Below, one piece after another: positions 62,922-64,000 of a stretch of DNA of 64,000 nucleotides. Source of the DNA: Microthyrium microscopicum (lineage: Eukaryota); contig MU004239.1 in assembly GCA_010405405.1 (NCBI GenBank), positions 372,001 through 436,000 on the forward strand, written 5' to 3'. The translations under genes and the position numbers were made by a program. Each line of letters starts with the position of its first letter. Within the stretch, counting starts at the first letter, position 1. The notes under the pieces are model-generated. The model was not told the DNA's origin. It ran no database searches and saw nothing but the letters and a program-made list of their open reading frames with translations.

Positions 62922-64000
62922 CTATATATCCAATACAATCTCTCCAATACCACGAGACACACAACTCAACATAGCATTCGACTTGTCCCAATCCTCCAAA
63001 CCAGTTCCTCGATGCTCAACACGACCTTTGAGAACACTGACCCGACAAGTCCCACAATTGCCAACCTCGCATGAACTAGGTACTTCGAATCCCGAGTCTC
63101 TCAGCACATCCAGCAGAGTCTGCGTACCTCTAACCTTGACCGTCTTTTGAGACTTTTGTAAGCACGCAGCGAACGGATCTCCAGACGCATCGACTTCGAA
63201 CGCTTCAAAGTGTAGATTTTCATCATTCATACCGTTTGCTTTTGCCTTTTGCTTCACATCGTCCATGAGGCGTTGGGAACCACAGCAGTATACGTGTGTT
63301 AGACTGTCTGTTTTCCGAAGGATCTTTTCCACGTCGCAGATCTGGTTGATGGATTTATCGTGTATTGTGCAGTTGTCGCCGAGTTCGCTTAGGTAGCGTT
63401 TGAAGGACATGTCGGCGGTGTTGCGGATGAGATAGTGCAGATGGTAGAGCCAGCCTTTCTCTTCACATTGCTTGGCTGCGGCGATGAATGCCGTTATTCC
63501 AATACCGCCGGCAATGAAAACGTGACGGTCTGCTGCTGGGTGTAGTGGGAAGGAAGAAGTGATGGTGCTGATGGATAGGTTATCGCCCACCTGTAGCGCA
63601 TCGTGGATGTAGGCGGAACCTCCCCTGCTTTTATCGCTCAGTGCTATGCCCAGTTCGAAGCGATTGTCGTTCCCAGAGACCACCGAATAGGCGCGAACCA
63701 AATCCCCTCCCAACTTCACACGAACATGCGAGCCAGGCAGTGCAGGTTCCGGCTCCTTCAACGGCTTCTTCGCTTCAAACACCACACAGAGAATCCGCGC
63801 ATTTTCATACGTCTTCTGAGCAACCACGTAATCCGCCCAAGCACCACTAAATTCTTCCTCTCCACCAACAAGCCGATCCGCAAAGTTTTCCATCTGCTTC
63901 CTCAACCGATTCGCAAACAACTTCTTAATCGCCTCTCCCAACCCATCAAGCACTACCAGCTCCTTCATCGCCTCCTCATTCTTCATGTCCTTGTATAAAT
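62922..64000 (-). CDS. PDR/VanB-type flavin/2Fe-2S oxidoreductase, 3' part (probably a MOSC fusion; starts beyond the window)
   Basis: RAYSV FAD motif, SRGGS, FIAGGIGIT, YCCGS, LHFEAF, SSCEVGNCGTC...MLSCVS ferredoxin. Confidence 0.9.
   Translation of the reverse strand, partial: LYKDMKNEEAMKELVVLDGLGEAIKKLFANRLRKQMENFADRLVGGEEEFSGAWADYVVAQKTYENARILCVVFEAKKPLKEPEPALPGSHVRVKLGGDLVRAYSVVSGNDNRFELGIALSDKSRGGSAYIHDALQVGDNLSISTITSSFPLHPAADRHVFIAGGIGITAFIAAAKQCEEKGWLYHLHYLIRNTADMSFKRYLSELGDNCTIHDKSINQICDVEKILRKTDSLTHVYCCGSQRLMDDVKQKAKANGMNDENLHFEAFEVDASGDPFAACLQKSQKTVKVRGTQTLLDVLRDSGFEVPSSCEVGNCGTCRVSVLKGRVEHRGTGLEDWDKSNAMLSCVSRGIGEIVLDI

Overview
Eukaryotic DNA from a filamentous ascomycete (Pezizomycotina-type short introns: GTRAGT donor, CTAAC/CTGAC branch, YAG acceptor, about 50-60 nt). 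About 25 protein-coding genes were reconstructed by hand, including DPH4, eIF3j, a bacterial-type DPP-IV with a VHL-beta domain, two SDRs, GST-kappa, Ap4A phosphorylase, 14-3-3, RPL36, a UBX/TUG protein, a thioredoxin-PITH protein, a Seb1/MsnA C2H2 factor, an allantoate-type MFS transporter, DPH6 and a PDR/VanB-type reductase. There is also a 434-bp Tc1/mariner-type MITE. Most striking observation: a tRNA-Pro(CGG) gene (52654-52800, minus strand) looks broken at its 5' end, but becomes a perfect cloverleaf if a 49-nt spliceosomal-type intron (GTAAGT...CTAAC...AG) is removed between tRNA positions 10 and 11. It also carries a canonical 26-nt tRNA intron at 37/38. Other highlights are an 8-exon secreted Cys-rich repeat protein missed by the ORF track, with roughly one repeat per symmetric phase-1 exon, and a highly structured non-coding segment downstream of RPL36. 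All splice models are manual readings of the sequence and are untested.
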